Of a stretch of DNA of 39,023 nucleotides, positions 9,625 through 20,959 are shown one piece after another. The DNA lies in NCBI RefSeq assembly GCF_001194135.2, contig NC_068990.1:43185351-43224373 (forward strand). Reading direction: 5' to 3'. Made by a program: the position numbers and the translations under genes. Source of the DNA: Octopus bimaculoides. Taxonomy: Eukaryota. Position 1 is the first letter of the stretch. The number at the start of each line of letters is the position of its first letter. The notes beneath the pieces are model-generated. The model saw nothing but the letters and a program-made list of their open reading frames with translations, searched no databases and was not told the origin of the DNA.

Positions 9625-9872
9625 CATATATATATATGCATGTATGTATGTATGTATGTATGTGTTTGTGTGTCTATATTTGTTCCCCCACCATCGCTTT
9701 ACAACTAATGTTGGTGTGTTTACGTTCCAGTTATTTAGCAGTTAAGTAAAAAAATACCCATAGAATAAGTACTAGGCTTGCAAAGAATAAGACCTAGGGG
9801 TTGATTTGATCGACTAAAGGTGGTGCTCCAGCATGGCCACAGTGAAATGACTGAAACAAGTAAAAGAGTAAA
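9360..9872 (+). mobile_element. SINE family A1, full length
   Basis: tRNA-like head with A-box-like AGCTGTGTGG and B-box-like GAGTTCAGTTCC, internal (TA)n/(TACA)n, tail ending CTGAAACAAGTAAAAGAG. Confidence 0.9.
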
Positions 9873-9880
9873 ATGGTTTC

Positions 9881-10030
9881 AATTAATCATAGCAACCCCA
9901 ATATTTATTTCGGTGTGTTATTCGTCTTATTCTATGTTTCAGTGGTAAGCTAAGTTAACATTTTGACTGATAACTGGTTTCATTTTAACCATCAGTGTTG
10001 TGTCAAGCATGTAAAAAGTGCTCAAATACA
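9881..10030. repeat. ~150-bp repeat (family D), copy 1
   Basis: About 90% identical to 14619-14760 (ATTAATCATAGCAACCCCAAT...TCTATGTTTCAGTGGTAAGCTAAGTTAACATTTTGACTGA...GTGTCAA.CATGTAAA). Confidence 0.85.
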
Positions 10031-10301
10031 CACAGATATACACATCTTGAGTACACATACACACACATATATACACACACATATTCACATGCATATAAAG
10101 ATTTGTAGTACAACTTTGCAAAAGTTTCTTACATAAAAATATTGACAGAATGTTTAAATTTGCATATAGATGTTTTAAAACAGTATTTTGTATAATAAAA
10201 CCTGTCAGTTTCAGCAGGTTGGTATTAAAAAGGTTGAAAAATATAAGACATTACAAGATGTCATAAAATTTCTTCAGACATATACAAATATTTATATATA
10301 T

Positions 10302-10645
10302 GATCGTTACCAGCGCTGTCTTCCTGGCACTTGTGCCGGTGGTACATGAAAAGACATTCGAGCAAGTCGTTGCCAGTGCCACTGGACTGGCTCTTGTGCA
10401 AGTGGTATGTAAAATACACCATTTTGAGCGTGGCCGTTGCCAGTACCGCCTGACTGGCCTTCGTGCCAGGGGCATGTAAAACCACCCACTACACTCTCGG
10501 AGTGGTTGGTGTTAGGAAGGGCATCCAGCTGTAGAAACTCTACCAAATCAGATTGGAGCCTGGTGTAGCCCTCTGGTTCGCCAGTCCTCAGTCAAATCGT
10601 CCAACCCATGCTAGCATAGAAGGCAGACGTTAAACGATGATGAGA

Positions 10646-10695
<50 letters not shown>
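10302..10695 (+). mobile_element. RTE-type 3' UTR/tail with three internal ~65-bp units and a (GAT)n end
   Basis: Three units starting CGTT(A/G)CCAG at ~10304, ~10367 and ~10434. Tail TTAGGAAGGGCATCCAGCTGTAGAAAC matches the RTE LINE end at 21760-21960. Confidence 0.85.
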
Positions 10696-10714
10696 ATATA
10701 TTTGTTATATGTCT

Positions 10715-11140
10715 GTTATCTTTTATCTTTTGCGTGTTTCAGTCAATAGACAGTGGTCATGCCAGAGCACCACTTAGATATTTTTAATGAAATTAATCGA
10801 CTCCAGTACTTCTTGTCAAACCTGGTACTTATTTTATTGGTCTATTTTGGTGAGTTGCTAAGTTATGGGAATCTAAGTGCATCAACATTGGTTATCAAGC
10901 AGGGGTGTTGGTGGGGACAAACACTGACAAAACGGCTTACACACACATACACGCACACACACATACACACACACATACACACACACACACACACATATAC
11001 ACCAACACATAATACAATAAACTTCTTTCAGTTTCCATCTAAATCCACTCCCTGAGGTTATAGTAGAAGATACTTGCACACTGTGCCACACAGTGGGACT
11101 GAACCCATAACTATGTGGTTGGGAAGTACATCCTTTATGT
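10715..11140 (-). mobile_element. SINE family A1, decayed
   Basis: A1 tail, (CA)n and head. Shares private deletions with 5985-6110. Confidence 0.85.
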
Positions 11141-11189
11141 AGTATATACATACACATAAATGATGAGAGTTCTTTGTGCTTGATGATCA

Positions 11190-11400
11190 TGGGAAAGAAC
11201 CACTGGTTGCATGTGAAGTTGAGACTTCACATACAACAGGTTGAACCATTCTGCTCAGCATTTTTGTCTCTGCTCCATTGCTGCAATGCTTTTCATCCAA
11301 CCTGCAATTAGTAGTGTTAAAGTGAGATTCAGTCCGCACAATCTGATCCCAGTCTTTAGACTTTGAGGTCCAATGACAGTGGCCCAGCAGGCTGAGAATT
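11190..11400 (-). pseudogene. Probable Tc1-type transposase fragment
   Basis: HCHWTSKSKDWDQIVRTESHFN...RMVQPVV resembles recalled Tc1 HxHWTxxDWxxIxWSDESRF...CVQPTV. Confidence 0.5.
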
Positions 11401-11430
11401 GCTGTGGTGACCAGCAAGCTGTAGGTTTTA

Positions 11431-11648
11431 TGAGGTGGTTTGCTGCAAAGTTTCTAGCTTTGCATAAAAGAAAATGGAGGAGGATCAGTTAATTGTGATT
11501 TTATTCAACATATTCCCCTCTCAGATTAACACACTTATTGCAATGGTACTTCAATTTTTGAAGCCCTGTAAAAGAACTTAGAAGAAAGAGCCTCCTACCA
11601 GACCTTTCACAATATCCTTAATGCCAGAAACTTTCCAACACCCATTCA
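11431..11648. mobile_element. Mariner-derived MITE (family H), complete
   Basis: TA at 11429-30 and 11649-50. Decayed TIRs TGAGGTGGTTTGCTGCAAAGTTTCTAGCTT / AATGCCAGAAACTTTCCAACACCCATTCA. Second copy at 7288-7453. Confidence 0.8.
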
Positions 11649-11682
11649 TATGCATATATGTATATATATATATATATATATA

Positions 11683-12020
11683 TTAGGTCGTTCCATAAAT
11701 AATGCAGTTTTTTAATACTTCTTTATTTTTCTAAATTAAGAGAAACAAAGTTATTTTTTAATCTAAAATATACTTTCCTTCATTTTCTACAATGCTTTTC
11801 CATCTATCTGGTAGACTTGCAAGGCCTCTCTTCCAAAATTCACTTGTCCATGATGAAAAATACTCCTTCACTACTATTCTGACCTCATCTACAGAATTCA
11901 TATTTTTTCCATCCAAATGATTTTGAAGATTGCGGAATAAATGATAATCAGATGGGCAATGTCCGATGAATATAGTGGGTGGAGCATCGTTTCCTATTCA
12001 AAGTGCTCCAGCCTTTGGAA
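11683..12020 (-). pseudogene. Mariner 3' fragment, duplicate of 6236-6571
   Basis: About 93% identical to 6236-6571 by manual alignment, with the same TIR and the same 1-nt deletion in the APSDY codons. Confidence 0.95.
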
Positions 12021-12089
12021 CTACACACACATACACATATACAACAGGGTTCTTTCCATTTCCATTACATAAGTTGAAAGTCAGCAATT

Positions 12090-12368
12090 ATTCACACTCC
12101 ATAGATTCGGTCACTTTCACTAAATGTCCTCCCGCAAATATATTAAAACATCATTGATTGTCTTCCAATTATCCTCACGAACAAGTAGTGAATTTTCTCC
12201 ACATTTCCAAGGGTGACACTCATGGCTCGTCTTCCAGATCACTCATCATCTTCCAGGGATGTTCTTCTGCTTTTGAAGTGCCCATGCCTCTCAAAACATT
12301 GCATACAACCTATTGTCTCATCACCACAAGCATGCTCAATGCCTCTGTAGCAGACTTACCAAGTTTAA
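12090..12368 (-). pseudogene. Second mariner family fragment
   Basis: About 85% identical to 14040-14325, including the same internal deletion junction. Confidence 0.85.
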
Positions 12369-12830
12369 TGTGGTGTGAAAGAAAGAAACTGGTGAATCTA
12401 TTTGAGTTAATGGTTTCTCATGAAGATAACATGAATGCCACTTTGGCTCAAAAGACTGACCATTACGTAAACCTCCTTGAGGAATGTGAAGATGCAGGCT
12501 GGAAAGCAGAGCATTTCCAATCGAAGTCAGATGTAGTGGATTTGTTGAACACAGTGTGAGACGACTGTTATCATCATTAGGCTTAATTCATCATGACCGA
12601 TCTCCAAACCACCATGACCAATATCCAAACTACAGTGGAAAAGGCTAGCCACTGGATTTGGTTAAAAAGAGACAATGAGTAATGGCTAGAAGAATATTGA
12701 GCTTTATTTGATAACCAGTAGATCTAGCAAATGGGGCCTCATATCAGTAAGTGGGGCTGGTGCACAATGATGCCATCGAGAGGTAGGCCCCGAAACGGCG
12801 TGCATTCCCTCCTGATGACCCCATACACTT
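12368..12830 (+). pseudogene. 3' end of an RLE-endonuclease non-LTR retrotransposon (HERO/NeSL/R2 group) plus 3' UTR
   Basis: MWCERKKLVNLFELMVSHEDNMNATLAQKTDHYVNLLEECEDAGWKAEH, frameshift, FPIEVRCSGFVEHSVRRLLSSLGL...EKASHWIWLKR. Matches the recalled HERO C-terminus (ELTVPWE..K..Y..GW..PVEVGCRGF..ASRWLW.KR). Confidence 0.8.
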
Positions 12831-12894
12831 GCTGGTTTCTGGTATGTGGAGCTTTAACTGCACATGCACTTGCATGTGCAAGTTGTTTGCAAAT

Positions 12895-13038
12895 CATCAA
12901 CCAAATTCACTCACAAGGCTTGGTTGGCCTGAGGCTATAGTAGAAGGCACTTGCTCAAGGTGTCATGTGGTTGGAATGAATCTGGAACCATGTGGTTGGA
13001 AAGCAAGCTTCTTACCACACAGCTACGTCTGTGCCTAT
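12895..13038 (-). mobile_element. SINE family A, 5' half (tRNA-like head)
   Basis: CCAAATTCACTCACAAGGCTTGGTTGGCCTGAGGCTATAG...GGAACCATGTGGTTGGAAAGCAAGCTTCTTACCACACAGC. Confidence 0.85.
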
Positions 13039-13648
13039 ACATTAAATAAACTCCATCTTATCCAGTACTCAAGTAACCAGAACTCTCAAGCAATCAGCAG
13101 CCAGGAAAAAAGCTTCAAGAGAATTTGCACTAATTTATGTTAATTAATGAATTGCCTTTAAAAGAAAAAAGTTTTTACTGTATTTAAAATAGGTTGTTGT
13201 TTCTCAAAATACATTATAGTATTACATTTTACTGCATTTACTGTACCTGTATTTTATTAGGTTAATAAAGCTGGTTCTCTACTTGAATTATACTTTTATT
13301 TCTTTTATTTCTTCCTATTTTTGTCACTTCTACTTTATTCAGAATATTAATCACTATGTTGATGTATATACAGAGAGATTTGATGAGTTTTGAAAGGTGT
13401 TATTGCAATTTAAAAAGTGATGATCAGATATTCAGAAAATTCAGTTACCCAGCAACCTTCCTATTCCAGAGGTGTTGGTAGCAGGAATGAGTTTACTGTA
13501 TCTCAAAGCTAAAACTGCATCATAAAACGAGAATAAAACAAGAAAATATTTGTGTCTAGAATATTGTACTTGCTGTAAAAGAAAATGCAAATATACCCAA
13601 TAGAATCAGCCTACACTTTAGCATACACATGTATGATGTAATAGAATA

Positions 13649-14540
13649 CAAGGTGACATCAAAATGTTCCCAGACTAGTTATGTTTAATAAAAACTAACA
13701 TATTTAGCTAAGGTTTAACATTGTATCCTTCGAAATAGTCACCTTGCACAGCAATACACTGGTCCCAGTGTTCCTGCCACTTTTGGAATCCAGCCTGGAA
13801 GTCATTTTCCATAAGCAAGACAAGGACCTTCTGCAATTCACTCTTGATCTCAACAACAGTGTTAAAACAGCAACCTTTGAGCTGCATTTTCATCTTGGGG
13901 AAGAGATGGAAGTCCACAGGTACTAACTCTTGTGAATACGGCAGGTGTGTTAGTGATTCTATGTTGTTTTTTGGAGAGAAACTCACAAGCAAGGAGAGAT
14001 TGGTTGACAGGGTGCATTGTCATCAAGAAGAATCCAATCATTCACACTCCACAGAACCGGTCACTTTCACTAAATGTCCTCCCTCAAACACTTCAAAACA
14101 TCATTGATTGTCTTCCAATTATCCTCATGCACAAGCTGATGAATTTTCTCCACATTTCCAAGGGTAACACACATGGTTCATCTTCCAGATCACTCATCAT
14201 CTTCCAGGGATGTTCTCCTGCTTTTGAAGTGCCTGTGTCACTCAAAACATTGCGTACAGCCCATTGCCTCATCACTGTAAGCATGTTCAGACTTCCTGAG
14301 TTTAATGCAAAATTTATGTTGGTTCTTTGTTCTACCTTCCTGTCCATGACAAAAATTGCAGATTACAGCATACACATGATCACATAAACACAAATTTTAC
14401 AACTTGTGAAGTAAACATAGCGATGTCACTCAGCACACTGCCTCATGAAGGTCACTGCTAGCTCTCATTATGCACACAACTATGTGCTGCCATCTGTTGG
14501 CATGCTACAGAACTATTCCAAGAACTTTTTTCTTACTACA
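13649..14540 (-). mobile_element. Internally deleted mariner element (second family) with both decayed TIRs
   Basis: N-terminus MDRKVEQRTNI..; C-terminus WILLDDNAPC, HLPYSQELVPVDFHLFPKMK...QGDYFEG. Central region absent. Ends TA|CAAGGTGACATCAAAATGTTCCCAGACTAGTT and AACTATTCCAAGAACTTTTTTCTTACTACA|TA. Confidence 0.9.
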
Positions 14541-14618
14541 TACACATGTAAGAGTGATACCTGTACATTGAAGACTGAATATAAATATATAGTTATTCAA
14601 CTGTCTTCAGTGATTTAA

Positions 14619-14760
14619 ATTAATCATAGCAACCCCAATGCTTATCTTGATGTGTTATTCATTTTATGGTTCTATGTTTCAGTGGTAAGCTAAGTTAACA
14701 TTTTGACTGAAAACTGGTTTCATTTCAACCATCGGTGTTGTGTCAAACATGTAAATATGC
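14619..14760. repeat. ~150-bp repeat (family D), copy 2
   Basis: About 90% identical to 9881-10030. Confidence 0.85.
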
Positions 14761-14778
14761 ACAAGTAAACACACATAA

Positions 14779-14975
14779 CAACTGGCACTTTGTTGGTTAT
14801 GATGAGAAGAGTTCCAGCTGACCCAATCGATGGAACAGCCTGCTTGTGAAATTAGCTTGCAAGTAGCTGAGTACTCCACAAACATGCATACTCTTAACGT
14901 AGTTCTGAGAGAGATTCAGCATGAAGCAGAATGTGACAAGGCTTGCTCTTTGAATTAGAGATGTAACTTATTTTA
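14779..14975 (-). mobile_element. SINE family E, 3' part
   Basis: CTGGCACTTTG..GTTATGA..GGAACAGCCTGCTTGTGAAATTA aligns with 18790-19077. Confidence 0.75.
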
Positions 14976-15064
14976 CCACACACACACACACACACACACA
15001 TGCACACACACACATGCACACATGCACACATGCACACATACACACACACACATACACACATTAT

Positions 15065-15288
15065 CATTATCATCATCATCTTTTAATATCCACTTTTCCA
15101 TGCTTCCATGGATTGGACAGAATTTCTTGAGAGAGAGATGTTCCTTCAGTCCTTTGAATACAAACAGCATGATGTCCAGACATGTTGCCACATAACATTG
15201 CAAAAGCATGATACCACTTGCATGACAGTGATATTTTGTTTACAATTAGAGCATGCTATCAAGACAAGGCCATGCAGACACATACTTG

Positions 15289-15332
<44 letters not shown>

Positions 15333-15530
15333 TACAGATGCACAAATGCAAACACACGTACGTGCACACATGCTCATAAACACTTACACATATGTACACA
15401 TTCACACACTCACACTTACAATAAATTTCTTTCTGTTTCTGTCAACCAAATTCATTCACAAAGCTTTGGTTGGCCTGAAGCTATGATAAAAGACTCTTAC
15501 CAAAGGTACCACAGGCATCTTAATAATCAT
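15065..15530 (-). mobile_element. SINE family A2 (A head, different body, RTE-type tail)
   Basis: A head at 15430-15530, long (CA)n, body matching 31750-31870, and an RTE-type tail abutting (CAT)n at ~15070. Confidence 0.7.
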
Positions 15531-16742
15531 GCAGTTATAACTGTGTTTTATTTTAACTCTCTTTCTCTCTCCCTCTTTCTCTTTCTCTCTCTCTCTCCAC
15601 TCTTTCCTACTACATTTGTATATATATATAAATATATACATATGATTATAAATATATATATATATATATATATAATCATAAATTTAGATTCAGATGAATA
15701 TGGTACTTAAGTTGAGGCACCAGAATTTAGTACGGTTATTATCCATACAATTTCAAAGTAAGATGATTAAAATCAAAATAAGCAACAAGATATCCGGAGG
15801 TAATGCAGTACGATCGTTTCACACAACTCCATGTAATTGAACAATACAATCATTACATCAATTTAAAATGCAGAGCAATTCTCAGCTGCACATAGACATA
15901 GAATTTAATTCAATTAGAACAGATGGACACATTAGTATAATTATACCTAAAATCTCCAAGAAGTTAAGGAGATAGACAAAGAATATGTTGCCTCTACTAC
16001 AGCATATATTTTGGTCTAGCAAGTGACTTGATCTAAGACTGTATGTTGAGTCTGAAACAGTTACATTTGTGATAGAGACATTCTAACCATTTCATAATAC
16101 ACCAAAATTATTAAATTTATTTTCAACTTAATTTGTAAAGTATGAAAATTATTGCAGCAAAACTGCAACCTGGTTATTGATACTGATACAATTCCACTGC
16201 AACTACTTGAAAGTTTGCCAATGGCCAGCTCTTCTAGACCTCCACTTTCTTTTCTTTCTTCCTTTCTTCTACCTCTTACCTGTCTTGTGAATCACATGTA
16301 TTTACACAAGACATATTTCCCTGGCATCCATACATCATTTATGATACACATTCCCGTTTTTCTTTCAACCATTAGAGTAACTTGGGACTTCTGATAGGAA
16401 AGATTTATATTACTCAGGATATAAGAAACAAGGGTTAAGTATAAGTCTGAAAACAACCATGAATGTTTAGGACAAACTTATGAGAATCATGGACAAGCAA
16501 AGAAATAACTCTCATGTTGAACTTGATGGCATTACAGTATTGTTGAATTCATAATTTGATTTTGACCTCATGACATCGGTTGCTGGTTGGTCATGTGTGT
16601 CTCTATTTATATATGATGTGTTTGGGAGTGTGAAAATGTGTGTTTGCATCTATGTTACCATAGATCAGTTTTCTTTTATGTCAATTTTAAGGATGCTAAT
16701 GTTAAATTAATTTAAGGCTATTAACATTATGCCTTAAATTGC

Positions 16743-16773
<31 letters not shown>

Positions 16774-17289
16774 CACAATGATGGCAATGCCAATGCTGAC
16801 AACATGGATGCTGATGCCAACACTGACTATGATGACGACGAGAATGATGACAGTAGCAGTTTTTGTACCACTTCCATCCAACCAACTCATATTGCCTCCT
16901 CTTATTATTTGTACTCTGTCTACCTCAAAGCACAACACTAACCAATTCTTCCTCTCCAGAACATGAACCCTCTACAGTTCTATTCTTTGTTATTCAAGCA
17001 TCTGCTAAATTACAACTTTTCAAAGAATAACGAACAGCATTAACCTGACCACTTTTGGGTGTCACTGAAGGCCAGAGGCTGAGCCCTTCCTTCAGATCAA
17101 ACCACTAAAAATTAAACAGCTGATATTCCATCCAAGGTCAAATTTGATTATGATTAATGTTCTGCTACACGATTAGGGATCTGAGGAAATCTGTTGACTT
17201 CTCCACAGGAAATTAACAATTAGAAAACTAATTAGTTAAAATTGATGGTGAGGTATAAATTCCATTGACCACACCATGGTAAATCAAGG

Positions 17290-17416
17290 GAAGCTTCTCT
17301 TTGGTTAATTGACTTGTTCGAAATAGCAGCCAAATTTCTCACAAATCCCAAATCATAATCTATCATCTTAAAAAAAAAAGTGTATATTGCAGGATAATGT
17401 CATCTTAGATACACTT
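17290..17416 (+). repeat. Interspersed repeat family F; further copies at ~19405-19510 +, 23868-24010 -, 24270-24435 +, 35345-35590 +, 36410-36500 -
   Basis: Shared motif CTAGAAATAGCAGCCAAATCTC...TCTTAAAA...GGATAATGT...TAGATACA and tail CTGGGGCTAAACAACAAC. Confidence 0.7.
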
Positions 17417-17439
17417 TCATCATCATCACATCATCATCA

Positions 17440-17700
17440 TCATCACATCATCATCATCATCATTTAGCAGCTACTTTCTTCGCTGGCATGGGTTAGACGG
17501 TTTGACTGTAACTAGTAAACTGGAGGGCTGCACCAGGTTCCAATCTGATTTGGCATGATTTCTATGGTTGGATGCCCTTCCTAATGCCAACCACTCCAAG
17601 AGTGTAATGTGTGCTTTTTACATGCCACCAGCACAAGTCCCAGTTATGTAACACCAGCATCAACCACGATTACGATTTCACTTGGCTGGATGGGTGTAAA
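17440..17700 (-). mobile_element. RTE-type 3' tail with (CAT)n
   Basis: GGCATGGGTTAGACGGTTTGAC...CCAATCTGATTTGG...GGATGCCCTTCCTAATGCCAACCACTCC is the reverse complement of the 10490-10640 tail. Confidence 0.85.
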
Positions 17701-18369
17701 GCATTTCTGAAATGTAAAACAACAATAAATAAATAAATAAATAAATAGGATGTTCATAGCAGGAACCCCTTTGATTGAGTCTGATGAGGANNNNNNNNNN
17801 CCACCACCACCACCACCACCACCATCAATATGTGAAATTGCCAAATCTTAAGAGAGATATTTTTGAAGTAATTTTGGTCAGCATTACATTACATAAAATT
17901 AAATGTATTTTCTGTTAATTTCTTCCAGTTTACAAAGAATAAATAAATAGATAAAAATAAATAAATAAATGAATAAATATAAAACTACTTCTGCCACTTA
18001 ACAAAACAAAATAATAATAATTTGTAAAATTGAAGACATTTTATTATTCAAATTTAATAATGACAACTATATTATAAATTATTAAAGTCTGTTTTTTTAA
18101 ATTCAATTACATCTTTAAATTAGGATGAATTTGAAGGTAAATTCATTTTCTAATTTCCTTTCAAAGGAAGTTAGATGTCATGATAAATAGTTAACCGGTG
18201 AGTATGGCTGCTTTCTATTTCTTGAAGGTATGTCGCCTAGTATCTGGTATATTCAGCTCGCAGACATAAGGTTTAGGGTTCAATTCCTAGACCAGGCAAT
18301 GTGATATGCTTTTAAGCAAGACACTTCATTGTGTACTCTGCTAATAATGCTTTCTGCTAAAGGTACAAG

Positions 18370-18562
18370 GATTGAAATTTTGGGGGAGAGGACTAGTCAA
18401 TTACATTGACCCCAGTATTTCAGTGGTACTTAATTTATAGACCCTGAAAGAATGAAAGGCAAGGCCGACCCCGATGGAATTTGAACTCAGAAAGTAAAGA
18501 CAGACAAAATGCCACTAAGCATTTTGCCCGGTGTGCTGACAATTCTGCTAGTAGCCACCTTT
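18370..18562 (-). mobile_element. SINE family C (C2 tail); a further fragment at ~19255-19323
   Basis: GGTACTTAATTTAT..CCCTGAAAGAATGAAAGGCAA..GAATTTGAACTCAG..CTAAGCATTTTGCCCGG matches the other C copies. Confidence 0.85.
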
Positions 18563-18603
18563 TACTCAGCTAATAAGGAACATCAGTCAGGTTCTAGAGC
18601 AAT

Positions 18604-18685
<82 letters not shown>

Positions 18686-18789
18686 CCCCCCTCTCTCTCT
18701 CTCTCCACCCCTCAAATCCTGGTTGTTCCAACTAGGTCCAAGGTGAGAGGTCCAAGAAAGTGTCTCTGCTTGCTCACAAGGACATAAGT

Positions 18790-19077
18790 ACTTGGCACTT
18801 TGTCAGTTATGACAAGGGTTTCGGTTAATCCAATAAACAGAACAGCCTGCTCATGAAATTAACATGCAAGTGGCTGAGCATTCCACAGACATGCATACCT
18901 TTAATGTACATCTCAGGGAGATCCACATGACACAGAATGTAACACGGCTGGCCCCATGAATTACAGGTACAACTCTTTTTGCCAGCTGAATAGACTGGAG
19001 CATCATGAAGGAATCGAACATACAGCCTTATGATTGTGAACTGAATATTATAACCTCTAAGCTACACATCCTCATAC
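18790..19077 (-). mobile_element. SINE family E with decayed tRNA-like head
   Basis: Aligns with 14779-14975. The 5' end (GGAATCGAAC..CTCTAAGCTACAC on +) is a tRNA-like B-box/A-box remnant. Confidence 0.7.
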
Positions 19078-20959
19078 ATAAGTACCTATCATAATAAGCA
19101 TGATACATGATGTCAAGTCATACTTGCTCGCATGTGATGGCTATCTACACTGGATTTTTACACTCCATTTTATATTCTATATAAATAACAAAATTTTTCT
19201 TTTAAACAAGCTTCTTTGTAATAATTCTTTCTAATTCTTTCTAATTTGGGCACAAGACCAGCAATCCCAGTATTTGAGTGGTACTTATTTTATTGATTCT
19301 GAAAGGATGAAAGGAAAAGTCAAACATCTCTGAAGATATAAATATAACTGAGGTATTGAAAGTAAATGTTAATTCAAATGGCTTACTACTTTAAAATCTT
19401 GTAAACTATGACCCTTTGTATGGTTGCTCAACTTGCTAGAAATAGCAGCTAAATCTCTTTCAAATCATACTCTACTATCTTTAAAGTAGGAAGGACATAT
19501 TGGATAATAGTTACAGCTGAACTACCTTTGATCATATGAATGCTTCATCAAAGCTGGCCCGGATCTACACACCATCACCACCACCATTGCTAACAAAAGC
19601 AATTTGTGAATGCAACCAGTTCCTGATTCCGTTGCCATTTATTCAACCAGGAAACATTTTCAGGCCCTGCCAACTGAAGTTAGTCATGGAACACTACATG
19701 ACTAAAAACAATTCCTTTGAAATAAAGTTTTAGAATTGGACAGACTTAAAATACAGTGAATGCAATAAGGACAGCACAAGAAAGACCAAGATGGTAATCC
19801 ATGAACCAGAAGTTGGTTGGATGGAAAATGGGATCGTAAGTGATGAAGACAAAGGTCAGGTGTTAAAATCAAAGACTGAACAAGGAAGATTTAGTAGGGC
19901 TATCTTGTACAGTTGCAGCCTGAGAAGAAATCCCAGTGTTTAGCAAAGAGTGGTGGTTGTGTCTGAGGTCCCCAAACATCTGCCAGGTGATGGGCATACT
20001 CACTCATTCATTCACAAAATTTTAAGTTCAAATAATTGTCATAACAAGGATTAACTTTCGATGTTCCTGACTAAATCTTTTACTGATGAGAGAAAAATTT
20101 GTGTCCTTTGACTACTAAAGGTTGGTAAAGAATGAAAAAGAAGTTAGCAGTAGAAGCAAATAAGGGGGAAGGAGATGATTTATTGATCAGGGAGCAAACC
20201 CTATGAGCAATGACATTCCAACTAATCATCCCTTTTTTTTTTTTCACATATTTTTGCAGACTGGCATGGCTGTGTGGTTAAGAAGTTTTCTCAGCAACCA
20301 TGCAGTTTCAGGTTTAGGTCTGCTGTGTGGAACTTTGGAGAAGCGTCCTCTGTTAATATTGGGTTGTCTCTCTTGGTGTAACAATTGTTGTGTCTGTGAG
20401 ATAAACACTTCATTTTCTTCAGATATGTTCACAGCACTTAACAAAAAAACGGCTTGAATATTTTCGTGTGAAGTAATTACAAATTGCAATAGTCTTTTAT
20501 ACAGTAATTCGTACCTTACAAGAAAATCAAACTTGTACCAGAAGGACGTTTTTAGGAATGAAATTCTTTACATGCTACACATGCCCATGCATGCTCATCT
20601 TGTAGGTAAATATCAAACTTGTCAGTAATTAGTTTCAACCCTTTTTCCTGTCAAATTTCATGAGTTATTAAATTTCTGAGATGCTCACAAACATTTTAAG
20701 GGAGATTAATGAAGACTGTATATCATTATTTATTTTTAATCAGGTCCGTATACAGAGACCAGATAGATGATAGATAGTCATCTTCTTTACTTAAGCTCGA
20801 TGGTTGTCTTGTAAAATAAGACATCATTTTTGTTATTTATCTACAGTTACTGTGTCCTATAAATAGTGTTTCTAATTACCATTACTCCAGCCTGTACTTC
20901 AATGCCCTGACAACAAAATAATATTTCTCTCCATAGAAGCAGGTTAATGGTTCTGCTAG

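Noticed and set aside
12770-12825. GAAAC followed by CTGATGA in the HERO-like 3' UTR (type II hammerhead order)
   Set aside because: The would-be stem II strands are CCCC and CCCC and cannot pair, and no UH triplet is in register.
15940-16090. Possible degenerate hammerhead in a repeat-like segment 15700-16110 (..GAGTCTGAAACAGTT..)
   Set aside because: CUGANGA is missing in this copy and the segment occurs only once in the window, so neither repeat status nor ribozyme can be supported without a consensus.
19560-20000. Purine-rich stretch that could be upstream copia pol sequence
   Set aside because: No protease or integrase motif could be identified with confidence.
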